Origin: an uncultured virus (IMG/VR IMGVR_UViG_3300012041_000001)
Lineage: Duplodnaviria; Heunggongvirae; Uroviricota; Caudoviricetes
Length of the DNA stretch: 64,000 nucleotides
Direction: 5' to 3' (one strand)
Virus record (IMG/VR): IMGVR_UViG_3300012041_000001
The notes under the pieces were generated by a model, which was given only the letters and a program-made list of their open reading frames with translations, searched no databases and was not told where the DNA came from. Below, in pieces: positions 37,676 to 47,513 of this stretch; the first letter of the stretch is position 1; each line of letters opens with the position of its first letter. The position numbers and the translations under genes were made by a program.

Positions 37676-38860
37676 TTAACCTTTATTTTTAAGACTTAAG
37701 GATAAGTCCATTTGTGCTTTTGCAGTCATAAGCTGCATGAAATCTATTCCTGCATTATTACCAGATCCTCCTCCTGATTGGAATTGTGGAACTAAACTAC
37801 CACCATAATTACTAAATGCATCTGCCCAATACTTTTGTACTGTCATATATGCTTGCAATTTCTGATCTAATGCACCATCTGCTTCCATTACTAATCTTTT
37901 TTTAGTAGCAATACCTTGACCTTCAAGAATATCTTTTTGTTTTCTTAAATCAGCTGTTTTCACATCTAATTCTGCTACTTTATTACGAGATTCAGCTTCA
38001 GTTACAAGCTTAGCTTTGATAACCTCTTGTTCCCACTTAGCTTTAGCAGCAGCAGCCTCTCCCTGTTTCATGGTAGTGATAGCATCTTGAATAGCTTTTT
38101 GAGCATTTGCCTTAGAAGTTTGTACTGCCATTACCAATTTTTGCTGATCAGAAATTTGTCTTGTAACAGCATCTGAGAAAACAATCTCATTAATTGTGAA
38201 ATTAGATAATGTAACACCATAAACAGCAACATCTGAAGCTTTTATGATTTGAGGTTTACCATCTTTGAGTACAATCTCTGATAATCTTGAGTTTGCATCT
38301 GACAAGGTATCTTTAGTCTTAACAGCTCTTGTTCTGTAGATACCATTATTCGCCTGGTCTTCTGTATATGTCAATAAAAGAGTTTTCTTTTCAGAAACAG
38401 CTTCTTTTGATGACATTAGTGGACCTGACATGTAAATAGCTTTAGTTACAGCCTGTTTGATAAGCTTAAGCTCAATAGACTCTTGTGTACCATAGTCACT
38501 ATGCAATTTTAGCACTTGTTCTTTGTTTGTAGGCATATACCATCTAACAGAACCAGACACTGTGCCTGTACCAAAATCATTAAATCCAATATTGATAGCA
38601 CCTTTGCCACCTTCATCCTCTTTATTAGAGAACCATAATTGGTTACTTCTTTGGTACTTGGTTACTGTACCACCACCCTGCCAGGCCCACCCTGGTGTAC
38701 TGGTAACTGACATTGCTCCTGAAACAGGACTTTGTATTACTGCAATCTCTCCTGCAGCAATATCTTCAAAACAATTTGCGGCCAAAATAATACTCAATAG
38801 GACTCCCCCTATAATAAGGCCAAACTTCTTAATAGTTGCGATAATGTTTGTAACTTCCAT
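37676..38860 (-). CDS. SPFH / Band 7 membrane protein
   Basis: N-terminal TM, an SPFH core (V+W, YGVTLSNFTINEI.F) and an Ala/Glu/Lys coiled coil. Confidence 0.85.
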   Translation of the reverse strand: MEVTNIIATIKKFGLIIGGVLLSIILAANCFEDIAAGEIAVIQSPVSGAMSVTSTPGWAWQGGGTVTKYQRSNQLWFSNKEDEGGKGAINIGFNDFGTGTVSGSVRWYMPTNKEQVLKLHSDYGTQESIELKLIKQAVTKAIYMSGPLMSSKEAVSEKKTLLLTYTEDQANNGIYRTRAVKTKDTLSDANSRLSEIVLKDGKPQIIKASDVAVYGVTLSNFTINEIVFSDAVTRQISDQQKLVMAVQTSKANAQKAIQDAITTMKQGEAAAAKAKWEQEVIKAKLVTEAESRNKVAELDVKTADLRKQKDILEGQGIATKKRLVMEADGALDQKLQAYMTVQKYWADAFSNYGGSLVPQFQSGGGSGNNAGIDFMQLMTAKAQMDLSLSLKNKG

Positions 38861-38866
38861 GCTTAC

Positions 38867-39097
38867 TTAATTTAAAGTGTTATTAATATTATTAATTTGT
38901 TCCTTTGTTTTTTGAGTTTCATCTAAGATGTCTTTTTTCTTCTGAGCTACTTCTTCAGCCTGTTTAGCCAGCTCATCGAGAGCTGTAGCTTTGGCTATTT
39001 CTTTTTTAGCTGTGCGAATATTAAACATTTCGATTAACTTAATTATACCATAAACAACAATGGCTGCAATTGCTGCAATCTCTAAAATTCTCAACAT
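38867..39097 (-). CDS. Small single-TM coiled-coil protein upstream of SPFH
   Basis: Start at MLRILEIAAIAAIVVYG. The longer track start overlaps the neighbouring gene. Confidence 0.65.
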   Translation of the reverse strand: MLRILEIAAIAAIVVYGIIKLIEMFNIRTAKKEIAKATALDELAKQAEEVAQKKKDILDETQKTKEQINNINNTLN

Positions 39098-39119
39098 AAT
39101 GTAAAAAATTAAAGCCCTC

Positions 39120-39374
39120 CTAAGAAGGAGGGCCTTGGTTAAAATCTTCAGTATTAATCTTGTCAAAGCACATATCCCTGATGTCATCTAATTGGTCAAG
39201 AGAGAATAAATCATTAATATCTGTGTCTTCCACATATATTGCTTGAATTCTAAACTCAGCACCACACCCTGGATAGCCACTACCATCAGGATAGTACATC
39301 ACTGCAGGTTCTTCAGGAGAATAATCTCCCACAACACGCAATTCTATGCCACGATAAGTAATGTGAACAGTCAT
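39120..39374 (-). CDS. Hypothetical protein
   Basis: 84-aa ORF. Confidence 0.6.
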   Translation of the reverse strand: MTVHITYRGIELRVVGDYSPEEPAVMYYPDGSGYPGCGAEFRIQAIYVEDTDINDLFSLDQLDDIRDMCFDKINTEDFNQGPPS

Positions 39375-39376
39375 AA

Positions 39377-39673
39377 CTAGAATCTTTCAGCTAATACTTT
39401 CTCAGCATAAGCTAAACCTCCTTCCAAATCATCCACATACTGAGCAGCTCTCATCTCTTCTTCCACACAATATGGATTGGCTCGTTGAGAGTCACTCAAT
39501 TTTTGTTTAGCTTCTGCTAACTCAAAGCGAGTCGTAGCTATGGTCACTTCTAACTTTGATTTGGCTTTTTGAACGTCTAAGTCCAGTTGCTCTGATTTCA
39601 TCTGATCGTCTGACTGTGAGATTAGATCTTTGTACTTTAATACTTCCTGTGTTGGATTCTCTTGTTTTTTCAT
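39377..39673 (-). CDS. Coiled-coil hypothetical protein
   Basis: 98 aa, A-rich leader, weakly similar in layout to 47514..47882. Confidence 0.7.
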   Translation of the reverse strand: MKKQENPTQEVLKYKDLISQSDDQMKSEQLDLDVQKAKSKLEVTIATTRFELAEAKQKLSDSQRANPYCVEEEMRAAQYVDDLEGGLAYAEKVLAERF

Positions 39674-41000
39674 CTTGATTTAAATTTGTAATGTTAATAA
39701 ATTGATTTTTGAAATTTGTATGCGTAAGAACGTGTTTATTAAATTGACTTGTGGTTATCTCTGTATAACCTTCTAATTTGAAAAGTTCTGTGTGAGGAAT
39801 TGCTTTAGCTGGAGGCCAATGGAAATATCCACCATCAGGTGAAGTACACCAAGTTTCTCTATATTCTCTCCATGCATAACTATTATTATGCATAAAAGCA
39901 TTAACCATTCTGTAGTTATCATCTGTGGTTTTTATACACCATTTTTCAGGAAACACATCTTCTTCTTTGAGCACATGTTTTTTAAATTGCTCAAATGTAA
40001 TTTCTTTATAACCTGGTTCATCTGGTTTTCCATATGTACCATAACAACGTATAGAATGTTGAGGATAAAGTAAGCAATTACCAATATAAGGTTCCCAACT
40101 AGGTACATATCCAATATATTCATCCTTTTTGGATTTAAGAAAGTCACTAAGAATATCTCTATTTTCCTTGGTTGTCATTATATACCAATTATCAGGAAGT
40201 CGATAACATTCATCTGGAGTTAAAGGTCTTTGCTTCAAATGTTCAGGAACTACTGGTACATGTTCTCTTCCACCAGGAAGAAAAGGTTCCAATTGACTGA
40301 TATGATATTCTGGTTGAGAACTACTTTCTAGTACTCCCCAATAAGAGATTGGTCCCCAAGCTACTCCTTTATGTCTGGATCCTACACCAGCTTCACTCCT
40401 ACTTAGTGATCTATTCTTTAAATATGTAATCAAAGCATCGTTAGGCTGCCAACATACTCCTTTAGTGGGAAATACAAAGAGTTGTTTGTGAGCAAGTTTA
40501 TCCAAATCTGCTTTAAAAGGTTTCCAACCAACAGGCATAAGCTCAACATCTCCACCAATTACTCTATTGTTAACACCAGTTAGATTTAAAGTATGAGCAT
40601 GTTCAACCTCATGACAAACACTACCTTTAGTAGGATTTTCTAAAATCTTTAAATAGTCTCCTACTTTATAGCATCTAGTATTTCCTCCTAAATTATGTCT
40701 GAGTACTTTAATATATCTACCAACTAAACCTGTTATACTATAAGTAATAATCTTTGCCCAATTGTTTTTACTGCGATCATATATCATTCCTGACCAAGTC
40801 TGACCTTTAGCATCTCTGAAGTTTGAGTTATGATTATGTTTAAATGTTACATCACCCATAGTATTCACAGTTATTTCAACACCTTCAGGAATAATTACTT
40901 CTGGACACGCATCTTCTTTTACTAAATGAGCAGGCTTAATAACAGTAACATTAAGATAGCCTCTATCTATGGCTTCTTGTATAAGTTCTTCATTAGACAT
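39522..41000 (-). CDS. Modular hypothetical protein with tandem PxxW...GYxEITxxQFxKHVL domains
   Basis: Two internal repeats. The last ~50 codons overlap the next gene. Confidence 0.75.
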   Translation of the reverse strand: MSNEELIQEAIDRGYLNVTVIKPAHLVKEDACPEVIIPEGVEITVNTMGDVTFKHNHNSNFRDAKGQTWSGMIYDRSKNNWAKIITYSITGLVGRYIKVLRHNLGGNTRCYKVGDYLKILENPTKGSVCHEVEHAHTLNLTGVNNRVIGGDVELMPVGWKPFKADLDKLAHKQLFVFPTKGVCWQPNDALITYLKNRSLSRSEAGVGSRHKGVAWGPISYWGVLESSSQPEYHISQLEPFLPGGREHVPVVPEHLKQRPLTPDECYRLPDNWYIMTTKENRDILSDFLKSKKDEYIGYVPSWEPYIGNCLLYPQHSIRCYGTYGKPDEPGYKEITFEQFKKHVLKEEDVFPEKWCIKTTDDNYRMVNAFMHNNSYAWREYRETWCTSPDGGYFHWPPAKAIPHTELFKLEGYTEITTSQFNKHVLTHTNFKNQFINITNLNQDEKTRESNTGSIKVQRSNLTVRRSDEIRATGLRRSKSQIKVRSDHSYDSL

Positions 41001-41005
41001 GATTC

Positions 41006-41251
41006 CTAGAATTTATTGGTACCAACAAGCTTATATCCAACAACTTTATTGTTTTCAGTAACCTCTTCAACCTTTGCCCATGGGACAAATGTTAATGCTT
41101 CTGTTACATTAAAAGTACTACCCATACCTTCACTACATGTGTGTACCCTAATTACGACTCCTGTACCCTCAATTTCCATTGCTTGGGTGATGGTTCCAAC
41201 ACCATCTGAGGAATCTCCTTTACTTTCTATGTTTTTCCAAATACTATCCAT
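41006..41251 (-). CDS. Hypothetical protein
   Basis: 81-aa ORF. Confidence 0.65.
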   Translation of the reverse strand: MDSIWKNIESKGDSSDGVGTITQAMEIEGTGVVIRVHTCSEGMGSTFNVTEALTFVPWAKVEEVTENNKVVGYKLVGTNKF

Positions 41252-41561
41252 TTTGTAATAAATTAATAATTATCCATCTTAAACCTGCACTATGCCAATT
41301 ATTGCCCTTTCTTACAAGGATTCTATTGGCCTTAGGAAAGTAATCAATAACACCCCACTTTTCAGTTTGAGTATCTATGACTACTTTAGATCCATTAAAA
41401 GGCACAACTATACAGCCTTTACGCTCAAGTTGTCCTTGTATATCAAGTTCGTGAAATTTCTCAAACCTGGTTTCTCTTAAAGATTTATTATAAAGACTCA
41501 TAGCTCTAAAATCATTTTCCTCCTGTGAGGCCTGTTTTTTTAATTCTTCACTTTTTTTCAT
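41244..41561 (-). CDS. Hypothetical protein
   Basis: 105-aa ORF. Confidence 0.65.
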   Translation of the reverse strand: MKKSEELKKQASQEENDFRAMSLYNKSLRETRFEKFHELDIQGQLERKGCIVVPFNGSKVVIDTQTEKWGVIDYFPKANRILVRKGNNWHSAGLRWIIINLLQNG

Positions 41562-41874
41562 TGAGTATATCTTTAAATTTCTTAAGAAGTTCTTCTGCTC
41601 CCTGATGATTAGAAATAGTAGCAGTTTGTCTGATCATTGCTGCCATTAGACCCACTATAGGATTTTCTTCCATCATACGTTTTATCATCGTAGCAATGTG
41701 AACTGCAGTAAGATAAGTACGTTCATCTGATGTAAAATTGTTTCCCACATGATCAAAGAGCGCTCGCCCTTCGTCATGTTCGCCTTTTAGAATGAATAGC
41801 ATAGTTTCACTCATTTTCTCTGACAGAGCATCTGTGTCTACAGAGTCATAACCTTTTTTGTTTTCTTCTGACAT
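41548..41874 (-). CDS. Hypothetical protein
   Basis: Start at MSEENKK. The longer track start runs into the tRNA. Confidence 0.65.
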   Translation of the reverse strand: MSEENKKGYDSVDTDALSEKMSETMLFILKGEHDEGRALFDHVGNNFTSDERTYLTAVHIATMIKRMMEENPIVGLMAAMIRQTATISNHQGAEELLKKFKDILNEKK

Positions 41875-41900
41875 GATATTTAATTTATTAATTAATACTG

Positions 41901-41974
41901 TGGGGATAACAGGAATCGAACCTATGATCTCTTGAGTATCAGTCAAGTGCTCTAACCAACTGAGCTATATCCCC
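41901..41974 (-). tRNA. tRNA-Ile(GAT)
   Basis: GGGGATA/TATCCCC acceptor, GCTC-AGTTGGTTA-GAGC D-arm, CTTGA-CTGATAC-TCAAG anticodon arm and ATAGG-TTCGATT-CCTGT T-arm. CCA is not encoded. Confidence 0.95.
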
Positions 41975-41978
41975 TAAT

Positions 41979-42006
41979 AAAAAAGAGGCAATTTCTTGCC
42001 TCTTTT
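41979..42006 (-). terminator. Intrinsic terminator downstream of the OMP gene
   Basis: AAAAGAGGCAA-TTTC-TTGCCTCTTTT. Confidence 0.75.
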
Positions 42007-42098
42007 ATAATCTCTGATTTATGTAATAGCGCAGAGAACAAGCTGCGTGTTATGTCTTTTAATTTCTACCATTACAAAGGCTCAGTCTTTAAACCTGT

Positions 42099-42707
42099 TT
42101 AGAACTGCCAGCCTACTCTGAATACAGGGCTGATGCTGTGTCCTAATTCAAGGCGTGTAACATTATCACCCCAATCAGGATTAGTGTTTGTTAGAGCTGC
42201 TCCCCATCCTAATTCTGCACCAAGGTACACTTTAGGGATGATATAATAGTCAGCTCCTGTAAACACACTGGCACCAAGACCAAACTTTTTATTCTGCCCT
42301 TCATAATCATCATTGCTGGTTACATAACCAGCGTTGGCCTCATAGCCCCAGTACGTTGATAAACGTTCAGCTCCTGCTCTGTGGTGTTCTACACCAACTA
42401 AAACACCAATAGCGAACTCTGTATCAACACCTGACACACCTGAATCCAACATTGAAAGATGGGCACCCCATCTACATGCTTTCTTCTCTGAATGGAATTG
42501 TCTTATCCTTACCCCTACTGTTCCCAGATTACTGTTAACATCAGAGAGGGTAAAAATACCACCTCCTGATAAATCAGGCGTCAAATTGGCCTCAAAAATG
42601 GTTGTGCCTTTAATAGGCTTCGTGAACGTTCCAGCATCAGTACTGATCTGAGCACTAACTGTAGTTAATGCAATTAGTGCAAGAGCACTTAAAATAATTT
42701 TTTTCAT
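42099..42707 (-). CDS. Outer-membrane beta-barrel protein (small, about 8 strands)
   Basis: Sec signal MKKIILSALALIALTTVSA-Q, alternating amphipathic strands (GADYYIIPKVYLGAELGWG) and a C-terminal beta-signal RVGWQF. Confidence 0.85.
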   Translation of the reverse strand: MKKIILSALALIALTTVSAQISTDAGTFTKPIKGTTIFEANLTPDLSGGGIFTLSDVNSNLGTVGVRIRQFHSEKKACRWGAHLSMLDSGVSGVDTEFAIGVLVGVEHHRAGAERLSTYWGYEANAGYVTSNDDYEGQNKKFGLGASVFTGADYYIIPKVYLGAELGWGAALTNTNPDWGDNVTRLELGHSISPVFRVGWQF

Positions 42708-42765
42708 TTTAAAAAATTTAAGTTAGTAAAAATTTTTCCCTCTTGTGAGGGCACTCAATCAATTG

Positions 42766-42840
42766 TGGAAAGAGTGGGACTTGAACCCACATTCTTGATA
42801 ACTGTACTGCTAACTGTCCTAACCATTAGACGATCTCCCC
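42766..42840 (-). tRNA. Aberrant tRNA-like element (anticodon arm disrupted)
   Basis: GGGGAGA/TCTTTCC acceptor, GTCT-AATGGTTA-GGAC D-arm and GTGGG-TTCAAGT-CCCAC T-arm. The anticodon region GTTAGCAGTACAGTTATC does not form a canonical 5-bp/7-nt arm. Confidence 0.6.
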
Positions 42841-42870
42841 TACCAACCCATAGTATCAATTAAACAAACA

Positions 42871-43359
42871 TCACTCTCCCTTGTTCGATGCAGGGTCTGA
42901 CATCTCACTTGGAATTTCTTCAAATGGAACAGTATCTGTACCATCACTTTTTTCTTTATAGCCATAGTGTTTAGCTATCATATCCAATACTGCTAAACCA
43001 AAATCATCCATTGGAGTAGCCATAATAGGATACATTTCTTTATAGAAAGTATCATCATCAAACCACATCCATGTTTTGAAATGAATTATGCTTCTTGCTG
43101 CTCGTGCACCATCTTGTGCTATCGCTTGCTTATAAGCATAAGGCAAGTAATCAAGAATTTGTGCTTTAACATCCAATTGTCCCCACTTCTCATCCTCAGG
43201 ACATGTTCCATCTTCTACTGACTTAACATAGTCAGGTGTTAGAAAAGGTTTAGCATTTTCAAAAGTCATTAGACTTATCAAGTCTAACTTTTGTACTCCC
43301 AAATCGTCTTCAGATTCTGTATCATGGAATCTGGCAATAATCTCCTCTTGTGTTCTCAT
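42871..43359 (-). CDS. Hypothetical protein
   Basis: 162-aa ORF. Confidence 0.7.
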   Translation of the reverse strand: MRTQEEIIARFHDTESEDDLGVQKLDLISLMTFENAKPFLTPDYVKSVEDGTCPEDEKWGQLDVKAQILDYLPYAYKQAIAQDGARAARSIIHFKTWMWFDDDTFYKEMYPIMATPMDDFGLAVLDMIAKHYGYKEKSDGTDTVPFEEIPSEMSDPASNKGE

Positions 43360-43692
43360 TTTTTAATATGTTTATTTTTGGTTTTAACATGCTCTTCTTC
43401 ATCGTCATCAAAACTATGATAAAGGATGTTTAAGGCTACAAATATAATCATTATGATTAGAAATATTGCTAAACCTATGCCACAAGTTTCACCTTGCAAT
43501 AATAATTTAACAGTCAGCATCGCTCTTCTTTATGTTTAATCCCAAGAATGCAATAAGCATGTGAGGGGTTGTTAAACCCCCTACATCTTACTTCTACAAG
43601 TAATCTTTTTGCCATAATATTTCTTAATGTGTTTGTTGAATATTCCAGCAAGCCTTTTTTAAATCTTTGTCTGGCCATTGTGTTGTTGGTAT

Positions 43693-43938
43693 TTAAATTA
43701 ATCTAGTAATAGCACTCTCTTCCATGGTTAGGATTTTAAGAATAGCTCTTTCCTGTTCTGGTGATACATGTAAAATATGAGAAAGAATCTCAATCTTATC
43801 ATGTGTAAGTTCTGTTACGCCTTTAGCGAAAGCGTGAATCCTGTCAAACTGATTGTGCACTTGGTGTAGTTCACAAGGGTCTAAAGGATTCTCTTCATCC
43901 TTAACCCATCTTCCATTTCTGATAACTGCTTTACTCAT
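43693..43938 (-). CDS. Hypothetical protein
   Basis: 81-aa ORF. Confidence 0.6.
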   Translation of the reverse strand: MSKAVIRNGRWVKDEENPLDPCELHQVHNQFDRIHAFAKGVTELTHDKIEILSHILHVSPEQERAILKILTMEESAITRLI

Positions 43939-43990
43939 AATTAATTAATTTTAGTTAGAAAAAGCCCTCCTAATTAAAAGAGGGCGTTAA

Positions 43991-45556
43991 TTATTCTGCA
44001 ATAGTGTCCTTTCCACTAGTGGAATAGGTGTAAATTTGGTCATGACCAGTAACTTCCACTTGTTTACCACCAGTAGCAATGCATAAATCTTTGAGTTCAT
44101 CACTCATTTGCATTAAACTGATGGCATTCACTTTATATGGAAATTCATCATAACCAACTTCATCTTGACCATCATTAATGATTAAGATTTCTGGTAGCTC
44201 CTTAGACAGATCAACATCAAGATTGTGTAATTTTCCACTCTTAATACTTGCTGCAACGTGCTCTACAACTCTGCCAATGTTTGTAAAGCTACCTGAAGGA
44301 TAATTGGAATGTTGAGTCCAAAATCTCTCAACATCCTTAGCATCTTTAACATGGATGAATTTAAGACTACTTGTATTAGAAACAAAGAAACTGAAGAACA
44401 CTTCAGCCTCTCCTCTTATAACATACTTAAATCTATCCATTAATAAAGCATTTACCCAAATCTGCTTATCTGTTTCATTCATACTACCTGATTGGTCACA
44501 TAAGATAATAATCTTTTGTTTCTTTTCACTGGTCTGAACTGGTACATTGATAAGCAAATCTTTGGTAAGGAACTTTCTTCTGAACGTAGGAAGCATTCTC
44601 TGCACAGTGTCAATCATTCTTAATTGATCATAACTACGCATGATTTTCTTTCTATGTATATCAGAATTAGCAACTTCTTGCTCTCCAATACCCTTCTCAA
44701 CTTTAAATTGAGACCCTAAATCACCAATGATAGATATTTTATCTAAGATTGCTAATTTGTGGTCCTTATTAAATCTACACATATCAACTTGAGTATTTAA
44801 ATCTGGATCAGCATAATCACATCTCCTGAACTCAATTCTTCTTGATTTCTCTCTACCAGACTTCTTCTGTCTGTTGTTATAAGAGTCAACATCCCTAACC
44901 TTATGATTGAAAGCAATTGCTTGCTCTAAAGGAGTGAATCCTGGTATGAAAGTTTCATATACGTTTTCAAACATAGCTACTTTCTTATCCCATTCTTCTG
45001 TACCTCCACCATAATCATTTCTATCCTTGAATTTCTCTGCAATATAGTCCTTGTCATCAATCATTTTGAAATAACAAACCCTTGCAAGCTCCTTAATCCT
45101 TTTGATGTCCTCAGAGGCCCAATAATTAGTTTTAGCAGCAATCTGTTCCTTAGTGGGAGTTAGATAGTTTTCAGGCTCCTTAACAAACAGATTATCATTA
45201 CTGTCATCATCAGCATAAACATATGATGTATAGCTCCAATTAGACCATCTGGTAGACTCCCAAGCATAAGCTGGTTTCTTTTGAACAACACTAAGTGTTT
45301 CTCCATAATAGTCTTCCTCATCAGCATCCCAACCATATCTCTTGTTTCTTCTCTCCTTCTTTCTCTCACTTTTAGTTTTTCTGTAATCAGAATACAATGT
45401 ACCCTGATCCAGATTACCTCTATTAAGAGTAGTTTTCTCAGATTCATATCTCCAAGTGTTGGGACCTGTCTGTACAGCAACAACACCTCTACTTACAGGT
45501 GCTGTTATTGCCCTTGGTGAAAACCAAGGGTTACGTTTAGGTTGCCAGCCAGCCAT
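43991..45556 (-). CDS. VWA (MIDAS) domain protein, ViaA/CoxE-like
   Basis: CDQSGSM (DxSxS), TNIG and IINDG motifs. Follows the MoxR ATPase. Confidence 0.85.
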   Translation of the reverse strand: MAGWQPKRNPWFSPRAITAPVSRGVVAVQTGPNTWRYESEKTTLNRGNLDQGTLYSDYRKTKSERKKERRNKRYGWDADEEDYYGETLSVVQKKPAYAWESTRWSNWSYTSYVYADDDSNDNLFVKEPENYLTPTKEQIAAKTNYWASEDIKRIKELARVCYFKMIDDKDYIAEKFKDRNDYGGGTEEWDKKVAMFENVYETFIPGFTPLEQAIAFNHKVRDVDSYNNRQKKSGREKSRRIEFRRCDYADPDLNTQVDMCRFNKDHKLAILDKISIIGDLGSQFKVEKGIGEQEVANSDIHRKKIMRSYDQLRMIDTVQRMLPTFRRKFLTKDLLINVPVQTSEKKQKIIILCDQSGSMNETDKQIWVNALLMDRFKYVIRGEAEVFFSFFVSNTSSLKFIHVKDAKDVERFWTQHSNYPSGSFTNIGRVVEHVAASIKSGKLHNLDVDLSKELPEILIINDGQDEVGYDEFPYKVNAISLMQMSDELKDLCIATGGKQVEVTGHDQIYTYSTSGKDTIAE

Positions 45557-46791
45557 TAGTGAAGACTTTTACCTTTGTTAAGTTTTCTCTTCTCAATACT
45601 TTTCAACACATCAGCTACGTTGGCATCAATCTCAACCTGAGCTGTTTGTCGAGCTGGTTCTGGTGTTCCTCTTTGGTCATAGCCATAACGAGACTTTCTT
45701 CTAGGAGCTTCTTTTTCTTTAGCATACTCAGCATCAATCTCTTCTATTACTTCGCCATTGTCAGCTTTATTAATAGATTCCATAGAATAACGATATCTGC
45801 CAGCCATATGTTGAATTTCTTCGTTAGTTTTCTTAGTAATAGCAGCATGAACCTGAATTAGGTCATCATTTACAACCATACTTCTAACTTCACTAAATTT
45901 ATTAGTCAATATATTATAATCACTAACAAATACTCTCTTCTCTTCAACAGTTTTGTTAGGATTACCTTTTAAAGTATTAACAAGATCCTCTATCTCTGCA
46001 CCAATTTGCTTAAACTTAACAGTAGCCTCAAATTTCTTCAAAGCATCTTTGATTATGCCAGGTTTTCTAGCAAATTCTGCAATGTATAACAATGCATCTG
46101 GACCACATTCCTCATAGATTTCATAACAATCAAGAGCAATCCTTGGACTAATGATAATACCACTTTTACAATACTCTTGTAATAGGAATGGTATGATTGG
46201 ATCAACAGCACCTTCACCAAATCTTCTCTCTAATAATGTATTATAGGAAGCTTCATTGTAGTTATCCCATATTACATTATTCTCAAGAGGAAATCTTTCC
46301 ATTAATGCTTTTAAACTAGCGTTTTTAGAAAACTCATCTCTTGTCTTATTAGTACACCCAACAATGAACCTTGTCTTAATTGGAAATACTTGAGTACCAT
46401 TTCTGAATACGCCTGAGGATAATATATCCTTTAATTGTTCCAAGATGAAATCTGGAGCATCCATCAGCTCCTCGAAAATAACATACTCGTGATTCATAAA
46501 CGAATTTTCAACTAAATATTCAATTTTTCCTGTCTCCAGGAGTGGAATGTCTAATCCCCCAAACAATCTGTCTGTGGTCATACCAGTACCCATAGTAATA
46601 ATATATGGATTAATACCTCTTTCATAGAAATACTCTAATGAGTACTCTGATTTACCATGGCCACCTGGACCATACAATACAATATTCTTTTCTGTCTTTA
46701 ATCCAACTTCAAGAATACCAAATGTTTTATCCATAAAGACATATTTGTCCAATAAGGATTCTCTAACTTCTTCTTTGTCTGACTGTGTCAT
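45556..46791 (-). CDS. MoxR/RavA-like AAA+ ATPase
   Basis: YGPGGHGKS, LFGG, IFEELMDA, CTN and ALMERF. Start taken at MTQSDK. Confidence 0.85.
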   Translation of the reverse strand: MTQSDKEEVRESLLDKYVFMDKTFGILEVGLKTEKNIVLYGPGGHGKSEYSLEYFYERGINPYIITMGTGMTTDRLFGGLDIPLLETGKIEYLVENSFMNHEYVIFEELMDAPDFILEQLKDILSSGVFRNGTQVFPIKTRFIVGCTNKTRDEFSKNASLKALMERFPLENNVIWDNYNEASYNTLLERRFGEGAVDPIIPFLLQEYCKSGIIISPRIALDCYEIYEECGPDALLYIAEFARKPGIIKDALKKFEATVKFKQIGAEIEDLVNTLKGNPNKTVEEKRVFVSDYNILTNKFSEVRSMVVNDDLIQVHAAITKKTNEEIQHMAGRYRYSMESINKADNGEVIEEIDAEYAKEKEAPRRKSRYGYDQRGTPEPARQTAQVEIDANVADVLKSIEKRKLNKGKSLH

Positions 46792-46881
46792 CTTTCTAAA
46801 TTTTGTTTTTAAATAAATCTGTGTTCCATATATAAAAATGTGGGGGTTTGTGCTCATACAAATTTTCCCCCACATTTTTTG

Positions 46882-47511
46882 TTATTTTCTTCTTCTCAGA
46901 AGAGGTCTTCTTTTTATCCAATATCCAGCAGGACTTGCTCCTAGCTTATCATATTGACTACTCACTTGTTTCAACTTTCTTTCTTCAACAGAAGGAATAG
47001 GAGGAATAGCATATTCTGGTGCTGGTTGATGGTGTCTTGGTATCAACTTAAAATCATTATAAGCTGCTCTGATATCTGTACTTACTATTTCTAATAAACT
47101 ACACTGATCTTCAAGATCACCAAGATATAGAGTTCCATAATGATTGAAACTATCTTCATCTTCAACTTCCAAATCATCAAGAGTTACACACATAGGTGTG
47201 GTTTCTTCTATATCACCATGATCAGAGGCTTCTCTAATAGTATAGATATATACTTCACTAGAACCATTTTCTTCTAAGAAGTTATCAACTATTTTATATA
47301 GACCCTTATTGGCAGATATAAGACCATCATTTTCAGGATCGAATGTGGCATCTGGTACAATTACCAGAGATTCACATTCTCGTGGTGCTGTTCCCATACC
47401 ACATTCAATTATGAATATACCAGGAATACGACCAAGGTGGGACTTAACATACTCAACGTCAGTCCCACTAGCCAAGGAACTCTTGGCTAGATAGACTTTC
47501 TTATTGGACAT
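46882..47511 (-). CDS. Hypothetical protein
   Basis: 209-aa acidic ORF with a basic tail. Confidence 0.65.
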   Translation of the reverse strand: MSNKKVYLAKSSLASGTDVEYVKSHLGRIPGIFIIECGMGTAPRECESLVIVPDATFDPENDGLISANKGLYKIVDNFLEENGSSEVYIYTIREASDHGDIEETTPMCVTLDDLEVEDEDSFNHYGTLYLGDLEDQCSLLEIVSTDIRAAYNDFKLIPRHHQPAPEYAIPPIPSVEERKLKQVSSQYDKLGASPAGYWIKRRPLLRRRK

Positions 47512-47513
47512 GA

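Noticed and set aside
41875..41946. N-terminal extension of ORF 41548..41946
   Set aside because: It overlaps tRNA-Ile; the ATG at 41874 has a proper A-rich leader.
42054..42080. TAATTTCTAC resembling the 5' part of a Cas12a repeat
   Set aside because: Single copy, lacks the complementary GTAGA arm, no spacers or cas genes. No CRISPR array was seen in the window.
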